Shown here one piece after another: positions 12,353 through 62,668 of a stretch of 64,000 bases of DNA. A program made the translations under genes and the position numbers. Where the stretch lies: NCBI GenBank assembly GCA_964035545.1, contig OZ037767.1:25932628-25996627 (forward strand). Direction: 5' to 3'. Below the pieces are notes generated by a model. The model saw only the letters and a list, made by a program, of their open reading frames with translations, ran no database searches and was not told the DNA's origin. The stretch's first letter is position 1. Every line of letters starts with the position of its first letter. The DNA is from Bugula neritina. Its lineage: Eukaryota; Animalia; Bryozoa.

Positions 12353-13339
12353 CCTGTTCCCAGTGTGACCTATCTTTATTCTATAACATTTTGCCTGTTC
12401 CATGGTTTCGGTGATTATATTTTATTATTCATTGTGGTTCCTTTGTAGATTTTTAAGATAATAAAATTCTATGGTGTATACATCGCCGAAATATATAGTG
12501 CATGGAATTTAAAGAAATAGTCCAATTCAGTAATATAATCATGTGTCTCGTTTTCAGTTTTATAATAATATATAAGAACAAATTTGTCAAAGCTAAGGCC
12601 AAGGTTATAACTACTAAAATTTAAATGACAGTCACAGAGTGATATATCAATTATAAATATGAATGTGTATCTTTAACCATTTGTTATTAATTAATATATT
12701 TCTAACTATGATTAAAATTTTACTTTTTGTGATTATAACTTTACTTGTTTCTTGCAAATTACTGATTACATAATAACCTTACAGTTACTAAGTTAGCACT
12801 TGATTTTTCTATATTGATTATGATATTCATATTAAATAATTAATAATTATAATCATAATGATATTCATAATCATATTGATATTGCTAGGCCTAGTACTTG
12901 AAGTTTAAGTTTAATGCTTGGAGTAGGAGTGTATAGGCTACTAGCAGCAATTACTACTATAACTATAAAATTAAATGTAATTATTGTTTATTATATTTTA
13001 CCTCTGATACTGATAGTGATAGTCATAGCAGTAGTGGTAACTTTAATTTAAATTTAAATTTGTAATATAGGCTACTCACAAACATACTGTAACTATAGGT
13101 ATATGTCTATAACTATAAGTATGACTATGAGAATACTATGGCGATGAAAAATAATAGATTACATAAAAATAATTGTACAAGTAAAGTTTGACCCTTTTCT
13201 AAGTTTGATCAACATGTCTACTTCACTCAGCAACCTACACAACACACTAACACACGTTCAAGCATTACTATGCTAGCAATCCTAATGTTCATGCATCTAA
13301 TTCGTGCTACATAAAATCTCACTATAGTCACTATCCTTG

Positions 13340-13513
13340 TGAGAACCCCTGATGGAAAGGGTTTTCCAAAGCGGGCTAAGGACTTTTTTCTGATGTGGCA
13401 CAGGAGCAATTATGACTGGATGCTCTTCCTAACATCACCAATGATCTTTAATGGGAATCGAACCCATAACCTCGGGTTTACTAAGCAATGCGAGAACTCC
13501 TAGACCACAGCTG
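13340..13513 (-). mobile_element. tRNA-derived SINE copy
   Basis: Minus strand reads CAGCTGTGGTCTAGGAG (A-box-like) ... CTTAGTAAAC ... GGGTTCGATTCCC (B box), then a non-tRNA body GGTGATGTTAGGAAGAGCATCCAGTCATAA; no proper acceptor stem. Confidence 0.7.
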
Positions 13514-13575
13514 ATCTTTCCAATTTGCGCTACTATATGTTGGTTGTTTATTTTCGTTTTATAGGGAAGCTAAAC

Positions 13576-16500
13576 ATGCAAAGATTGCCATCATCTCTAG
13601 CATCACCTGAATGGGAGCTTATTGATCCAACTCCAGATCCTGTTGCTTTGTTCTTAGCATATAACCAACAGTTCTTTTGGGGAAAGCTTGAGTCTGTTAT
13701 TGTTAAATGGAGTCCTCAAATGACTTCGTAAGTAGAGTACCGATAAAATATTCAGTTATGACATTTCTATTGATATAACAAATTTTTAGCAAGAGTAGAT
13801 TTCACTTGTCAAATACACTTTGTAAATGTTTTTTGTCAAGATGTATGTTATTGCTGTAACTTTTAGATAAAAATTATATATGTGTATGTCATCTCTTGAT
13901 TCTAGCATACTTATGCCTTAAATTACTAGATGTAACACACATTAAAATGTAAAAAATATGTTTCTATTTAGTATAAAACAACATTCAAATTTCTTTGCAA
14001 ATCATTGCATTTATTCATCAACTGAAACTAGGTGAAAATGAAAAGTCAACAGAAGCAAATTCTTCACTGAAATATACACAGTGTATTTACTGGAAATGAT
14101 TTATAACCTTGACATTGCATTAGTGTTTAATACCTGCAGGTGTGCGGGTATCTGCTCATATGAAGGTAGGGGTGGTTTGTGTACAATCAGCCTGAGTGCC
14201 CCGCTACTGAAGTTACGACCCCGTAAAGATCTTGTAGAAACTCTACTACATGAAATGATACACGCCTATCTCTTTGTAACACAAAATAATCGTGACAGAG
14301 ATGGTCATGGTCCAGAATTCCAAAAACACATGCATCGAATTAGTTCAGAAGCTAAGATCAATATTACAGTGAGTTTTTAATTGTTGGTGGCATTTTTATG
14401 AGACTGGTGTAGCACAGCATTAAAATGTAAATGGTGCCTATTTCTATCCTAGCCATTTCCTTGTATTCTAAGCTAAATGTGGTGTTTATTTTGCAGTTAG
14501 AGTATAGGAGATCGATGTTTGTAAGATAGCATGGCACATTGTACCCAATAATTAAATGTTTTGCATTTGAAAATTTTATTGAATCTAATCAAAGTGTCTA
14601 TCTAACAGTCTGTAGTCCAATGATGTGGTTTTATGTTACTTTTTTTGCTTTAGTGGTAGTGACTAATACTTTGTAAATTAATCATCATTCATTTTCCAGT
14701 CTTTACCTTGTAGATTTACCATTCATTCAGAGACGAGGTCCGTCACTATCAGACTCATGTGTGGAAGTGCAATGGTCCGTGTCAGCACACTAAACCGTTT
14801 TATGGTATATTGAGGAGGTCACGGAATAGGCCTCCTGGACCCAATGATTTCTGTAAGTTTTTAGTGGTTGGGTCTAACTTGTACATAGGGAGTCTGACTT
14901 TGTGTCACTAAACAATTCTTGCAAAGCTAGCTATATCATCACGGTGCCACAGGATTTGCTTTTATTAGGTATGTTGACTTTTATACCTCCAGTTGTGCAT
15001 AGTACGGCATAGTTGTACTGGCTGACAAGATCATGAATGGTCTGGTGTTAAGGCAGCTACAATATCTCTTATCTTTGAGCATTCAAAAGCTTAAAGAGCA
15101 CTTCATTTGAAACAAAATGGCAGGCTGTTGATAACTAGCAACAGCATAAATTAATATTATTTCACTATGTGGTTTGTTTAATAGAAAATCTATATGATAA
15201 TTTATGCGTTAAATGCTTTGCTATATGTGAGAACACATTAATTGTAATTTGGTGCTTTGTCCTTTTTAGGGTGGTCAAGACATCAGGCATCATGTGGCGG
15301 AAAATACGTAAAGATCAGTGAACCCGAAGAGTTTACGAAGAAGCAGCAAGTGAAACGTAAATGCTGTAACTTCTCTTTACAAAATAGTGATCAATAGTCT
15401 GTCAACCATTGTATTTCCTCATCCTACACTATTCGATGATGTTAACACCTGTCGCTTTCAGCAGCTAAAATACTTGGCACAGTGTTTTCACTCTGCTTCT
15501 TGTAATACATCTCAATTTTAAATTTTTCAATTTTAATTGACTTCAGACAAAAAGAATTATTACGCATTTATGTAAAAAGCTTGTGTAGCAAGTTGTTTTT
15601 GCAAACTTTCATGTAAATTACATCTAACTTACCAAGAAAATTTTACATCTAACATCTGACACAGTCTCGCTGTTCTAGCTCATAAATTAATATACAATTC
15701 GCCACAAAATGTATTTAATTTTTTGTAGAGTCTAAAATTGAAGCTAAGCGTAAAAAGGAAGATGCAAAAAACAAATCAAAGATTACCAACTTTTTTCCGA
15801 CTAGTCCAGCACAAAAGGTGGGTGGAGTATATTTAGTAAGAAAATTGTCTAATTTACTTAATCAAATCAAATGGTTTGTTACGCAACACCTGGTGGTATT
15901 TGACAAAAGACCTGAGATGGATTGTTACTATACTCATACATATTGCACTTGTAAGACTAAACATATATTCTATATGCAGTCATGCTGTGTGTTATGTTTA
16001 TGTGTTTCCCAGTAACAACAGGTGAAGGCCATCGCCAATCAAACTTATTTATTCATTTTTGACTAATAATAACAGACCACAATAGATTTCACCAATTAAA
16101 TATTTTCTTGATATCTTCCCACTATAAAAATGTGTTGCTGAATGTGAATATATATTTTATTTTTACAGGGAAATTCTGTTCCGCCTTGTAACAACACACG
16201 CAGTAATAACATAACTCCAACAACTAAAATAACTCCACGTGGTAACACAACTCTAAGTAATAATATAGGGAGTCGACTAGGTGGAAACTCTTCCATTTCA
16301 AAGGTGAGACTAAAGTCTCATTACCCAGTTTCAATTTTAGTTTCTAAATCATCTATTTCCTGTTTGAGCCAGCAGCAGAACTTCATTTGTGTGTTTAATC
16401 ATAAAAGATTTTTATTCCAAAACATACAGCAAAGCAGTGTATCGAGATTTTATTTTATATTATTTTTTTCAAATGCCTGAGAAATTTATAGCTGTAGTTA

Positions 16501-18564
16501 TATAATCTGGATACTGCAAATGTTTAAAGTCGCCCATCAGCTCCTATCTCAACAGCAGCGAAGCTAGGCCTGGTTTTTTCGAAGTTTTGTTTATTTGGTA
16601 GACTGCAGAGTAAATTGCCCAGGCAATGTTACCTTCATGATCTATTTTGTTGGCTAGGCACCAAATCTTCCATTAGATTTTAATAGTGCTTGCAGTTTTC
16701 GCTTATTGGTTTATAAACTAAAATATTTATACTACTTGAGCTTTCAATACTCTGGAATGCTTCAATTCTTTTACAGGAATAAGTTTGCTAGTTTGGTGCT
16801 GGTTATGTTAGCTGCCTTATACTTGTATTTAAAGACTTGACAGTCTACACTGTATGCACTCGCCACGTCACGTATTCATTGAATTTGGTTAGCATTCTGG
16901 GAATGTTCTGTTACTGCTTATGCTACTAATTTATTGGTTACGGTGAAGCTCAAAGCTACATTTCAGGCACTGCTATAAAAGAAAATATCTATATGTGCTA
17001 TTTTTCTAGTTCTTTATTAACTTTTCTTTGTACCTGACAGGTTATGACAGTGCGGCGTATTCCAGGAATTGGAGAGATTCCAGTTCGAGTTGAGCCGCAA
17101 TCTAATCACTCTACAATCTCTCCGTCTACTTCCCAATCTCGTGTCAATAGTTTTACTCTTCCTCAGTCTAAGCGTACCAAATCTACTGCAACACCTTCTG
17201 CTAGGAGTAAGGTTGGAGCTATGAAGCCCACCTCATCAAACAAGATCTTAGAAACCCATTGCTATTCTTCTGATGAGGACATTCCTTTACTCAAGCGTCC
17301 AGCCAACACACCACGATATTCTACTGGGAAAATGAAGCTCAAAGGTATTAATGGTATAGTTGTACAATGCATTATGCTAGCCTAATATGTTTATGTGGAT
17401 ATAATGTACAGTGATTATTACACAAATACTAGTAACGTTATACATGCATGTACTTGCTAGAAATATAGCAGCTGTCAACTACGTGTATGTCCTTGACTAT
17501 TTCTTGTTTCATCTGTTTCTTAGAGTCCACTAGTTCCACGGTTATTCTCCTGTCGGATTCTGACGATGAAATTTTAGATGCAATGATCTCAACAGCCAAA
17601 CGAAAGACATGCACGAAGAGGTCAAGTTCTGCAGTTTCTTCAAGTATCTCTTCATCAGGTCAGCATTTTTTCTGCATCTAAGAGAAATAAATATCGTTTT
17701 AGGGTATACTGGCTTTGTAAGTACTATCTGTTACAGTGGTCAGTGTTTTATATATCTGTTTTTGTATCTGCTTCCCAAATATTTATAAAAACAAAATCCT
17801 AATTGGGCTAATTTTCTAGGCATAATTTGATACACCATTTTAAATGTATTTGAGAATTTAAATTGCAGCAGTTATAGTTTTGACTTTCATGTTTCTTTTA
17901 GCTTCTAGTTGATATGTTTATCAGTCATCTTTTTTCATAGATTACTTATAAACATGTACCTTTAGTTTCCCGCATCACTGTATCAGTATGCCCGTGACAA
18001 CGCACACATGTTAATAGCAAGTGATCTTTGTTAGATTGCAATACTGCCACTGGTGCTGATTCTAATGATGTAACTCTCCTTCCTACTTCTAATCCACACT
18101 CCTCAGTGCAGCCAGATAATCAAGTAGGCACTTGTCCGATTTGTGGAGTTGCCTTTCCAATGAGAGAGTTGCTACACCATGCAGATCTATGCTGTAGAAA
18201 AGACAACTCCTCCATAGTAAGTGTAAGTGTTTATAGTAGGCACACATTTATTTTGCAAGTCGTTTTTTCTGCTTGTCGTCCCAAGAATTTTTGTATATTT
18301 TTAGCTGCAAATGATTATCATAATGTTAATTTTAATGGCCAATAATTGAACTTGGATTAAAACTGCTGTTTTCTTGTAGATTCGTAACCAACAGTATTCT
18401 CTACAACTTGGTTATATGTTACTTGATTGCACACGTAAACATAGTATGTGTATGTGTTTTAGGCCAATAATAATGACATGCCGGTGTCGTGCCCCATGTG
18501 TGGGCAGAGAGTGTCTCTCAGTGACATTGATAGTCATATTGACAGATTCTGCAGTAACGGATGA
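13576..18564 (+). CDS. SPRTN: DNA-dependent metalloprotease Spartan (SprT family, DNA-protein crosslink repair), about 517 aa, 10 coding exons
   Basis: Exons 13576-13727, 14140-14368, 14714-14852, 15270-15356, 15729-15817, 16169-16303, 17041-17344, 17524-17658, 18035-18216, 18463-18564 (1554 nt, all GT-AG, in frame). Motifs WELIDPTPD, CAGICSYEG, LLKLRPRKDLVETLLHEMIHAYLF (HExxH), GHGPEF, zinc-binding WKCNGPC..HQASCGG and C-terminal UBZ4 fingers. The true start could lie in an upstream exon. Confidence 0.95.
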
Positions 18565-18698
18565 TTATAAATATTCCTAAGAAGACTTCTTGTAAGTTCC
18601 TGTTCCCAGTGGAAAGTCTACTGTAAGGCATTCAGTGCTATTTGGAGTTGTGTACTTACTGGTGTTTTATAATATTTTACCTTTCATTTTATTTAAAG

Positions 18699-18704
18699 AA
18701 TAAA
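18699..18704 (+). terminator. Probable SPRTN polyadenylation signal
   Basis: AATAAA about 135 nt after the stop codon, followed by a GT/T-rich tract. Confidence 0.5.
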
Positions 18705-19722
18705 CTCAGTGTTTTTTAAACTGAATATAGTATTTTTAAAGTTGTGAGACAGTTGTTTTTTCTTTTCCAACTTTTTGGTGCTAATAAGATGCTATTTTGT
18801 ACCAGTTTTTAATTGTGAACAATCTCTGAAATATATATATTTTACTTTAACAATATCTGGTAATGCTCTTGCTCTAAGCAAATAAATGTGGTTGAAATTT
18901 TTCATTGTATTCAAATAATGCCTCCGTGTTGTTCTAGAAACTTATTGTAGAAGTAATTTCAATGAGCTTTTAATTCCAACTAAGAGTTGTTTTCTCAGTT
19001 GTTACTGGGTTCCTATTACAGCTGCTATTCTAAGGTTAAATTATATAGATATCAATCACAGTAAGGCTGTCAAGCTCATTGGGAACCTAATGCATGCTTA
19101 CTCATTTGTCAAAACACATTCAAGTGTGGCCTGTGACTGCAGATAGGTGTATAAATAATAGAATGTAGGTAAGTTAAGTTGTTTTATCAAATGTAAATAA
19201 TTAGGAATAGTTGTACAATACTGATAATGTTTTCTCTTGTATTTGCTATATATTTATTTTATGAAGACTAAATCAATTCATAACACTTGCCTTTTAGGCT
19301 GTTATTTACTTTAAGGAAAGCTGTACTATCTAGTATTCTATTGTAATTCTTTAAATCATCTTCCATAAATATTTTTCATTGCTGAGTGAAATATCAAATT
19401 TAATGGTTATAATATACTTTATTTTTATTGTGGCGTATTTTTGAAGATTTACATGTGATGGGCCCATTTTATGATTATTATATTTCTGAAATTTTATATT
19501 GTATTTGTCTTTTAGATTAGACGTTTGTGAACACAAGGCATATAAGTGGATTAAATTTTAAGACAAAAATCGGAGTGAAGGTGTACCTTCTTTTTCTACT
19601 GACCTCGTAGCAAGTTGGATATCATTTAGACTGGACTCCCTTCTGTAGAAGAGTCATGCACTTCCTTTCACGGCAGAGTTCTTACTGTTAACAACTTAAA
19701 TTTTACTTCCTTTGCATGCATA

Positions 19723-42813
<23,091 letters not shown>

Positions 42814-45088
42814 CTCTATAGGTAGAGTAAATTATTACAGCTAGCCAAATTATTTGAATTTTTATATTTATTTTTGTCTTCCTGTTTTAAAAATATTTTT
42901 ATAAGATGTATTTGAACAAAGTATTAAATATTATATCGAGTAATTCTTAACAAACCTGTTGGAGTTGTCTTTCCAACAGTAATTATCACCACATTTACTT
43001 GTGATACTGCCAATTGTAGCTTGCCTCCTACGTTTTATGTTGCTACTTTTTTATTTTGTTTATGAGAGCATCATTTTTGTTTTTTTTGCATTCGCAATAT
43101 GAATTTTACTCATTTCACGGTTAGATGCGCACACATACCTACATGTATATACATTTTCTGTTAAATTTACTCATTGTATTTTAACCACCCACTAGCGGTT
43201 TATTTACATCGGAAATTTATAACTAAAATGAGATTTATTATTATTGAGCAGTTTTTTTCGAAGTTACTTTCTAGTATTTGCAGAAAAAGTAATGTTTTAA
43301 TTGCCACTCAGAATTTTCGCTTTGTTGATTGTTAGTTCTCATGGCTGACTTAGTTATTTTACGTCAACAAAAGTAAAATAAATCTTAATTCTTGAATGGT
43401 AGCTTTTAGTATATATTATTTATTTTTGTAATTTGAGTGGAAGATAAAAAAATGTGTTTTCGATTGGACAGTTATTAAATAGAAAACTATTTTTGTTTTA
43501 CAATGTATTTCACTTTATAGGATAGAATCACAGATTGCTGTATTTGCAAATCGTGGTTTACAAATGTACTTTAGTTAACTGAAAGTTTACATGACTGACT
43601 CTGTGCTTTGTTGTTGTACACTTATAAAAGTTAGAAACACCCAAAATTAGTTAAAAAAACTTTGACAATAAATTATATTCTCAACCAAACCTGCTTTCAT
43701 TCTCACTCCATTTAGTAATAACTTTGTGTATAGTCTTCTGGCTATCACTTGTAAACTATCTGAAATTTATTTATATATACATTTTGATTGAAATTTAAAA
43801 TTCAAGATATATTAGTTCAAATATTTGAGTAGACTATTATAGACAGTTTAAATGCAAGAGCAACCTTTGTTGCTTTAACATTATTAGCAGTTTTTTCGTA
43901 AAGATTGTTTTTGACTTTCACTGATTTTTTGCATAAACAACTATATGATGATTGTTGTTGGTACTTTATTTGGATAACTTGTCTAACCAACCACCAGCCA
44001 CAATAGCAAAAGTGTTTACAGCCATGGCTTATTCATCATAATGTGATAAACATAAATTGTATAATAACTAGTGGTGGTCAAATCCTTGTAAATTTGGTGG
44101 ATTTAATGGATTGCAAAAACAAGGTAGACATTTGGGAGACCAGCTAATGGAAAAAGGTGTTGCTAATCTTAGCACATTGTCAATTCAGCAAAGATGATAT
44201 CCTTTAGTTCATCAAGGCTTTAGAGACCAATAAAATGTATTTGTGAATGGAGCTAAACTATTTTTTCCAAAGTGGCAAATAGTAAAAAATTCACTCATCA
44301 TTGTGAGCATATGAGATAAAAAGTGAGTGAATTTGGCACCCCAAAAGTTTTCTTAGTTTTTATTGCATTTTATTAGCTTGGCTATTTTTCAATAAATTAG
44401 TTCAAATAACAACATTTCACACTTCAGGCATGCAGTTAGATTATTATTTTAATTTCTTTGCAGCAAAAAACAAGAAATTATGTTGCACATCTAGATTTAT
44501 ATTGATCAGACTTGACAGATGCATGCATCTTTAATAGCTATTTAAGTCAAATTTAGAGAAGCTAGTTTTTTCAATGCCAATATTTAACTAAGTTAATATT
44601 CAAAAATACAAAAAATCTTCCTGTTTGCTCCACGAGTTGAAAAAAATACTTAGTTATGCGATTTGCATAATAATTCGTTATTCCATTTGTCAAGTTTCAT
44701 ACTTGACATGAGGACTTTACACCTTACCAAAACCTCGAGTAAGTCACGACCTTAATAGTGCTGGCTTTTGAAAACTAACCTACTGGAAATATCTTTAAAA
44801 ATATTCACAGCACTAATTTATATATACTGTTGATTCATTTATAGCTATATAGTGTTAATTGAAGTCAAACTTAAATATATATATATAGCCCATAATGAAA
44901 TTTCTACTCTAAATGTTGTTTTTGTGCTTGCTGAAAGCCTTTGTTACAAATGTCTTCTCACTCCAGCTTATGTTGTTAACTCAGCTCTTTAACTACAAGA
45001 ACTAAACTCTACAGTTTCAAGTAGAACAAAAACAGTGCACTAACTATTCTCTGCTCCTTCTAGTGACTCAAGAGCCGTGCATTGAGAC

Positions 45089-48000
45089 TGTGGTAGATGT
45101 GGCAAGTTTGGTGGGAAGGTGTGGTGGAAGAAAATCTATTTTTAGCTCCATTTTTGATACTATTACAAAGAATAGCTCTTGAATCAAGTAATTAAATTAA
45201 TAAATACTAAAGAACAATAATGACAATGGAATACAAGCTTCTTAACTGAGAGCACAGAATTAAGGTTGTCCTTTTGTATCTGTTCCTATGATTAGCCTGC
45301 TTGATCAAAGAAATAAGTTAGCATAGAGTACTGTACATGGATAATGGAAATTTATTAAATTACAAAAACTTTTAGTGTTATTAGTAGGCATGTTATAATT
45401 AATACAAAGCTATTTTGTGTTCTACTATGGTTACTGTTGGTGCCTTTCAGACAGTTTAATGAGAAGAAACCTTTTACAGCATGTAGAGCTTTATAGCTCC
45501 CAAGTTATTGGATATAAGTATTTACATAATGAAATTCATTTTTGGTGGAGATTTTATTCTAAATAGTTCCAGAAAATTTGCTCAAGTCAAATAAAAAACT
45601 TTTGACTCCTTTGCTAGTTTGTTTATTTGTTGTCATCAAACATTTATACAAAAAGTGCTACAAAACTGCTGCGGGCAAAGTCAAAAGTTTGGTAATTCTG
45701 CTCATCAAAATAGAAATTATGCAGCGATTTGTTAAAGTCGTAACATTAAAAAGCAATAATTTTCCATTATGCAGTGTACAGTAAGTGCAGTAATCATGGA
45801 ATTAGAATAGTTGTATTGACTCATGATATATATGATATTACTTTACAAACGGCAAGTTGAGTTGTAGAGTTTTCAGGCAATTTTTGTTGTAAAAAAATTA
45901 TTTTATATTTAATTAAAATGGACTACTTTAAATCTAGCAAAAACTCCCTAGCCGCAGGTGCCTATAAATAACTTATAATACAGGGTGAGTTATTAGTAAG
46001 TTATGCATCTCATATGTCATTAAAAATTAATACCTTTACCGAATCAATTTATATTTGCAAAGTTTGTAATAATCAAGTGATTGGTGCGAGATTTTAAGCT
46101 ACCACAAATGAAATGGCTTACAGAAGAATTAAATTTATCAAATCTTTCTTTAATAACAGAATTTCATTGCCTTTCTTATTTCATGCTCCCATAATTTAGC
46201 TTCTGTGCTTCTTGTGCATTGCACATATATCGATATAATATATTGGTAGTTTGAATAATTTAACTATTCAAGAAATTGTATATGCTTGCATGCTGAAATC
46301 ATTTTTAGAAGCCAGCTATTGTTACATCATAGCAATAGCATGTAGCAAATATCTACCTTTCCTTGATAAACTGTTAAATAATCTTAAGAAACTTTGTACA
46401 AGTGAGAAGCAGGTTATATTACATGAGCTATATTCGACACTATAGGCTACTGGCTTCTAGCAAATTACAACATTTTGGCTTTCATGGAGATAAAGAAATG
46501 ATTATTAATACTTGTACATTGACCTTGTGTAATAAAACTGACAGTTAACTAGAAGACGTTGTGAGTTAATGATGTTATTTAAACCATTTAGATTCATGTT
46601 ATTCAGTTCATAGCATCGGCTTCACAACGGTTATCCGTGGTCGAATGTGGTTATATCAATGCATACCAATTAGACACTAACTAACTCTCTATCGTAGTCA
46701 CCTAGGCTAATATTCCTTGATCACAGTGTTGTTAATATTATAAGAGACTCCTACCTTTTATAGCATTGGTTACAAAGACAGGATAATAATTTCATAACAG
46801 TTGTACTGACCACCCTACTTAATAGTAAGACATGTAGGCTATCAATAGGTTTTGGGTGATGAGATTTATACTAGTGGTGATATTTGTGGTCTGCATGTTT
46901 TGATGGCTTGAGAAGATGTGGTAAGAATTTAGTTCTTATCAGAACGTAGCAGGCCTGCCTTGTTCTCTCTAGTCTATTACTATTAGCTTGTTTTTCCGAT
47001 TATGCATAGTAGTAAAATCTGCATATGCAGTGCTGAGCATCTAGCTGGATAACAACAACACCCTGTATTTCCCCTGGCTTTGGGGTAAGTTTTATATAAT
47101 AATGTTTGTTAGCAATAATTACACAAGTTTTATTTGATAATAATTAAATCATGATAACTGTATTTTTAGTACTATAGTAAAATTTCAGTTTGAGAAAATT
47201 TCACTGTGAATTTATTTCAATTATTACTGATTTGGCTATTATATTCGTTACCACAGTGATGATGCCATGTTTTACCATAATATTAATTTATTCATTTTAA
47301 CTATTTTATAAATACATTTATGAGTAGAAATATCAATTCTCAATGAAACAACTTTAGAATTTTATGCCAGTATAGAAATTGTTTTAGCGTTTTCTAACTC
47401 TAAGCAAAAGTCTAAGTAATAGCTGAGTTTTTGTAACTATATATACAATTATATTTATTGTCCTTGTAACTAATTGTCAAACAATATACTATACTTTTAT
47501 TAATAGTTATTAATTATTGTTAAGTATAATAAAGGAGCTTCATCAATAACAATAAACTATAAAGCTGGTGGATTGGTTTTTCAATCCACGACTCTACTTT
47601 GTTGTGACAGGCTGCATGTACACTTATAAGTTGTGGGCCAGGAAACTTTTCCACCTCTGCCTTAGTTCCTTGTAGCCTAACAGAATAAGACTTTAAAATG
47701 AAAAATATTAATTTTGACTGTTTTACCACAAACTAAAATTTATTAAGTAATAGTGTATGTGTATGCTTTTGAAAAGCATATATGATAATTGATATGCAAT
47801 ATAATTTACCAACTAGAAACTATATATATATAATATGGTAAATACTAATAGTAAATAAAGAACCTGGGAATAATATATACATTATCATTGCATTTGGCAT
47901 TTTGCCCTAAAACCTGTTCTTAAAACCTAGATTCACTCTGTTTAAAATTATTATTTTGACTTTAAGGTTAAAGTAACCCAATTTCATACTTTGTAAACGT

Positions 48001-49405
48001 TTTCTTATTTAAATTGGCAGTAATTGTAAAACTAGAATCATGTAATTATGGCATGAACAAGACTTCACTGCATATACTTTTGATCAAAATTGAAATGACA
48101 TCATTTAGCTATACTACAATAAACGCAGCATCATCCGGCACACTATATATATATAAGGTTATTGTTCAGCATTGCCGCTGCTGCTAAAAAATAAATTATC
48201 TAATATCTTGAGGTGCATGGAATGGTAAGTGCATATTGAGAAATAATTACATGAAATGAAATGCAAGTAACAAATCTAGATGTACACAAGTTTGGGAATT
48301 TGTCTGAGCAGGTAATTTTTTACTAGGACCGCTCTATGCTCTTGGTTTTACTTAGCTCTAATAATTTACTTATTAGTATAATATAATTATAATATACCCA
48401 AGAAGCCCTTGAATAAAAAAGTAGGTGGAGGAAAATATCCTAGCCAAGAGAGTGTGACCTACTTAAACTGGTCTGTACTGACACAATCTGCACCCCTCTT
48501 ACTCATGTGAGATGGGGGGGGGGGTATCAGGACCCTCAATTTATAGGCTGGTAAAAGTGACAACTACTTTGTTGAGCTAAGTTGCAAAATATAACTCGTA
48601 TCTAAAACTGTGTTACGGTTTAAAAAAATTCATGGTTAAATCAAACTTCCACATTTAGTTGGATAGCTATATTGTATATGTTACTTATTTTACTAGTATA
48701 GTTTTATAAATTTTGAGCAAAGTTTTGAAGTTATGTCGCAATGTTTGTGGCTGGTGCGCTGATTCAAGTAAGTGGCTAAACATTGTGACATTCAAAAAGA
48801 TTATCATTTAGTTTTCACTGGTTGATGTATGAAAATATGGTAATTGATTTCAAACCTTCACACATTGACACTTGCTAAAATAGACCTACTGTATGAATCA
48901 TAGCTACAGACATTGCTTTCCTTTATTTTCTAAATCACACCTTTGGAAAATCATTTTTGTCTTAGGTGCAATAATGAATAACATGGGAAAACAGTTTTAG
49001 GTCCAAGTTATAGCAAAATAACCACCTGCAACTCCATAGTATAGGCTGAATGCCAAATAAAAACTGCATAAGCTAAACTAAGAAAACATCGTGATAATAT
49101 TTGTAAACTGGTAGACATAGAGCTTATTTCAGCTGCTTAAAAATATTTTTTCAATTTGCATAAATTTTCTACTCATAAAAACATATTTTCATTATGATAG
49201 TTCAATACAATTTTCATCTGTTTAAATTTTCAATTAAATTCAAATTTTAGTTTCTAAATTTGTATTAGATGCCTTATTTTAATCAGCCAATGAAAGTTTG
49301 TGTTCTACAACATTTACTTCTGTTTCAGTCCATCTACTGTTGTATATCTGTATGTATAATATGCATTTACATTAGACTGCTGAATCTTTTAGCCTAGGTA
49401 CCACA
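45089..49405. promoter_or_regulatory. Cluster of RUNX core motifs (TGTGGT/ACCACA) upstream of Runx
   Basis: Sites at 45089, 45120, 46101, 46646, 46885, 46917, 47250, 47725 and 49400. Confidence 0.4.
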
Positions 49406-49528
49406 AAGATTTCAAAAGATATTACTAGAACTTTGACTGGACACATTCTATCACACTGCTGTGGGAATCTGTACAGAGGCTAAACCATCGTGACTGGCTG
49501 AGTGACTGGGCAATTTAACAGCAGTGCA

Positions 49529-62668
<13,140 letters not shown>

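Noticed and set aside
13440-13513. Functional tRNA gene
   Set aside because: A/B boxes are present, but there is no acceptor stem or cloverleaf and it continues into a SINE-like body.
18599-18611. CCTGTTCCCAGTG in the SPRTN 3' UTR, matching the hAT TSD/terminus junction
   Set aside because: Similarity stops after about 13 bp; no second terminus or TSD.
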